Below are positions 61,564-64,000 of a stretch of DNA of 64,000 bases, in pieces; position 1 is the stretch's first letter; each line of letters opens with the position of its first letter. The notes under the pieces were generated by a model. That model did not search any database and was not told where the DNA came from. It worked only from the letters and a program-made list of their open reading frames with translations. This DNA is from Octopus sinensis. Taxonomy: Eukaryota. A program made the translations under genes and the position numbers. The stretch spans positions 108,066,001-108,130,000 of the forward strand of contig NC_043001.1 of NCBI RefSeq assembly GCF_006345805.1, read 5' to 3'.

Positions 61564-62137
61564 CAAACAGGTTTTAAATTAGAAAAACCATTATAATAAC
61601 TTTACATTTCTTCCTTTGGGGTGCGATATAATCCTATAAACAATCAAGAGCTGTAGGCAGATGGTATTGAATCACCTCTTGCCTTAAAACTATTGGCCTT
61701 ATAACAAAATTAGAAAGAACTAAGGGCGGTGGGTTGTCAGAATCGTTAGCGCGTCGAACAAAATGCTTAGCGGCTTTTCTTCTAGTTTTACGTTCTGAGT
61801 TCAAATTCCGACGAGGTTGACTTTGCTTTTCTTCCTTTCGGGGTTGATAAAATAAGTACCAGTTACGTATTGGGGTTGATGAAATCGACTTACCCCTTCC
61901 CTTGAAATTTCTGGACTTGTTCGAAAATGTGAAATCATTATTATAAAGGAGACGAGTTGCAGAAATGTTAGCAAGCTGGACAAAATGCTTAGAACGTTTC
62001 TATTGGCTTTGGGTTCTGAGTTCAAATACGTCTTCCTTTCGAGGTTCATAAAAAAAAAGTACCAATCAAGTATTGGGGCCGATTTGATCAATTAGACCCC
62101 CAAATTTCAGGCCTTGGGCTTGTGGCAGAAAGGCTTA

Positions 62138-62139
<2 letters not shown>

Positions 62140-62177
<38 letters not shown>

Positions 62178-62184
62178 GATTATG

Positions 62185-62216
<32 letters not shown>

Positions 62217-62490
62217 GTAGTCTTAGTTTTATCACGTGCTTTCACTTCACTACCGAGCGCATCTCCGTGTGCCTTGGGTATGTGCTGTGGTTTGCTGTGA
62301 TGCTCTTATGGTTACTGTATTGAAAGTGTTTTACATAGGATGTTTGCAGTGCTTAGTAGTGCTCTTTTCTGTATGTTATAAATATATTTGTCAATCCTGG
62401 TATTTTTGTCATGTATTTGTCCGAATATTTTTTATCATACCTAATGGGCCCACTATGATAGGAATTGTTTATGTTTTTAGACTCCACATT
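62140..62490 (-). mobile_element. Dong/R4-clade non-LTR 3' end with (TAA)n tail
   Basis: MWSLKT.TIPIIVGPLGMIK and ALLSTANILCKTL on the minus strand, abutting (ATT)n at 62140-62215. Confidence 0.65.
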
Positions 62491-63712
62491 CGAGTATTAT
62501 TATTATTGAGTGAGAGAGCAGTGCATGCTATCAAAGTGACACTGGGGTAAAATATACGAAGCCCAGTATAACCATCATGACTACCCGTCTGATGAGGGTA
62601 CACTAGGCACATGCATTACAACCAGATGTCCGCGACATAATGATCTCATCTCAAGATAAACAGCATATGACCTTGCAGGTGGGGCCCAGTTAGAATTTAT
62701 TTTCTTCTGGTCGAGTAACCCATCCCGCTCAAAAAGTCACTGAATAAGGGTTGTTTAAGGATGTTGAAAGAAACATCCATGTTTCCAAAGGTGAATTATT
62801 TTAATCAATGGCAATGCCGTTCGTTCAAAGCTAGGTGTATCATTATGTATGTTAGATTAGCTGATAAAACTATCATATATACAAACAAGACAAAGAGATT
62901 TGAATATATCATATTTGTTTGTTGTTAGCTCATCTGATAAACAAATAAATAAAGTACATAGATTTGAATATAAGAGAAGTGTTTATGTCAGTTGGAGAAG
63001 GGCTTAAATACTTGTATTGTTAAATAGATTGACAATGTTTTAGAATACCAGATTAAATTTGGAAATTTTAAGAATGTTGACTATATCTTATCCTTTATCG
63101 ATAAATTCTAGATAAAAACCGTAATATTTATTTTTTTTAAATAATAAAACAGATTAGTCTTACCTTTGCAGAACACAAAGTTCTTTGAGTGGTTTGAATC
63201 AGCCAAATATATTTCGGTATAATAATTATGTGAGTTAAACGATAACACAGACGGACGGACGCGTTGATGTTGATTTTATGAAGACAAATTATCGTTAAGT
63301 TCTAGAAGTCACACCGAAAAATTAAACAGTGCCATTGTTTATGCATGGTTGGGAGATTCTAAGATTGGTGCATTGAAACTGAAGAAAATTTATATTTCCG
63401 TCACAAAGGAGTGGAACGAATTGTCCTTATTTTATTTCATTATTTTCTTTGTTTTCATTGACCAGTCTTACGTACGTTGGTCAAGAACAAAATCGGGAAA
63501 GAATACAGGTTATATGATATGGAAGGGAGAAAGCAAAGACATTTCCTTTCTTTTCGATTCGTAACAATGAAAACCGATAGCCAACAAAGAGCATCCATCT
63601 TGAATTTAATATTTCGTTTTCTATGCATCCGAATATTTTATCCCACATACAGAATATTGTATATCTCCTATCTTTGTGAGTCTTCTAGAATTATATTTTG
63701 TGTGTCAAATAA

Positions 63713-63713
<1 letters not shown>

Positions 63714-63803
<90 letters not shown>
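63714..63803. repeat. (TC)n microsatellite
   Basis: Directly visible. Confidence 0.95.
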
Positions 63804-63807
<4 letters not shown>

Positions 63808-64000
63808 CAATAATATAACTCCATTACCTTCTCTGTATCTATCACTCATACAATATTACAAGATGAAGTGGGTTTGGTCAATGATTTGGGAACCGCCCAT
63901 TCTACCAAATGCAAATGCTTACATAAACATGTAGAAAACAAACCAACGAGAAAGACATACAGAAAGTAATATGTAGTGTAAATCAGTACATGGGAACTTG

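Overview
AT-rich, microsatellite- and SINE-saturated animal DNA. The repeat landscape looks like an octopus/coleoid cephalopod; this is inferred from sequence style, not from a database search. Two spliced genes lie on the minus strand. One is a two-exon melatonin-receptor-like rhodopsin-family GPCR (61217-60884 + 52043-51109, 422 aa). The other is the first two coding exons of a membrane-anchored short-chain dehydrogenase/reductase (11031-10830 + 2924-2712), joined by a GC-AG intron and continuing off the left edge. Most of the rest is decayed mobile DNA (RTE, CR1, Tx1/L1, HERO, Dong/R4, mariner, Tigger-like, a Penelope GIY-YIG remnant, several tRNA-SINE families). The most striking unexplained signal is about ten sequence-unrelated short element families, nearly all sitting in (TA)n tracts, that carry type I hammerhead ribozyme motifs, most with short palindromic helix III. 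They show fold-back arms that appear to be made separately for each insertion. Two have an 'inverted copy + unit + partial direct repeat' layout, one has a tRNA/Pol III head, and three use a U3-A8 compensated core. This fits a diverse set of non-autonomous Penelope/retrozyme-like elements. All alignments and folds were done by eye; nearly all short ORFs in the track are microsatellite artefacts.
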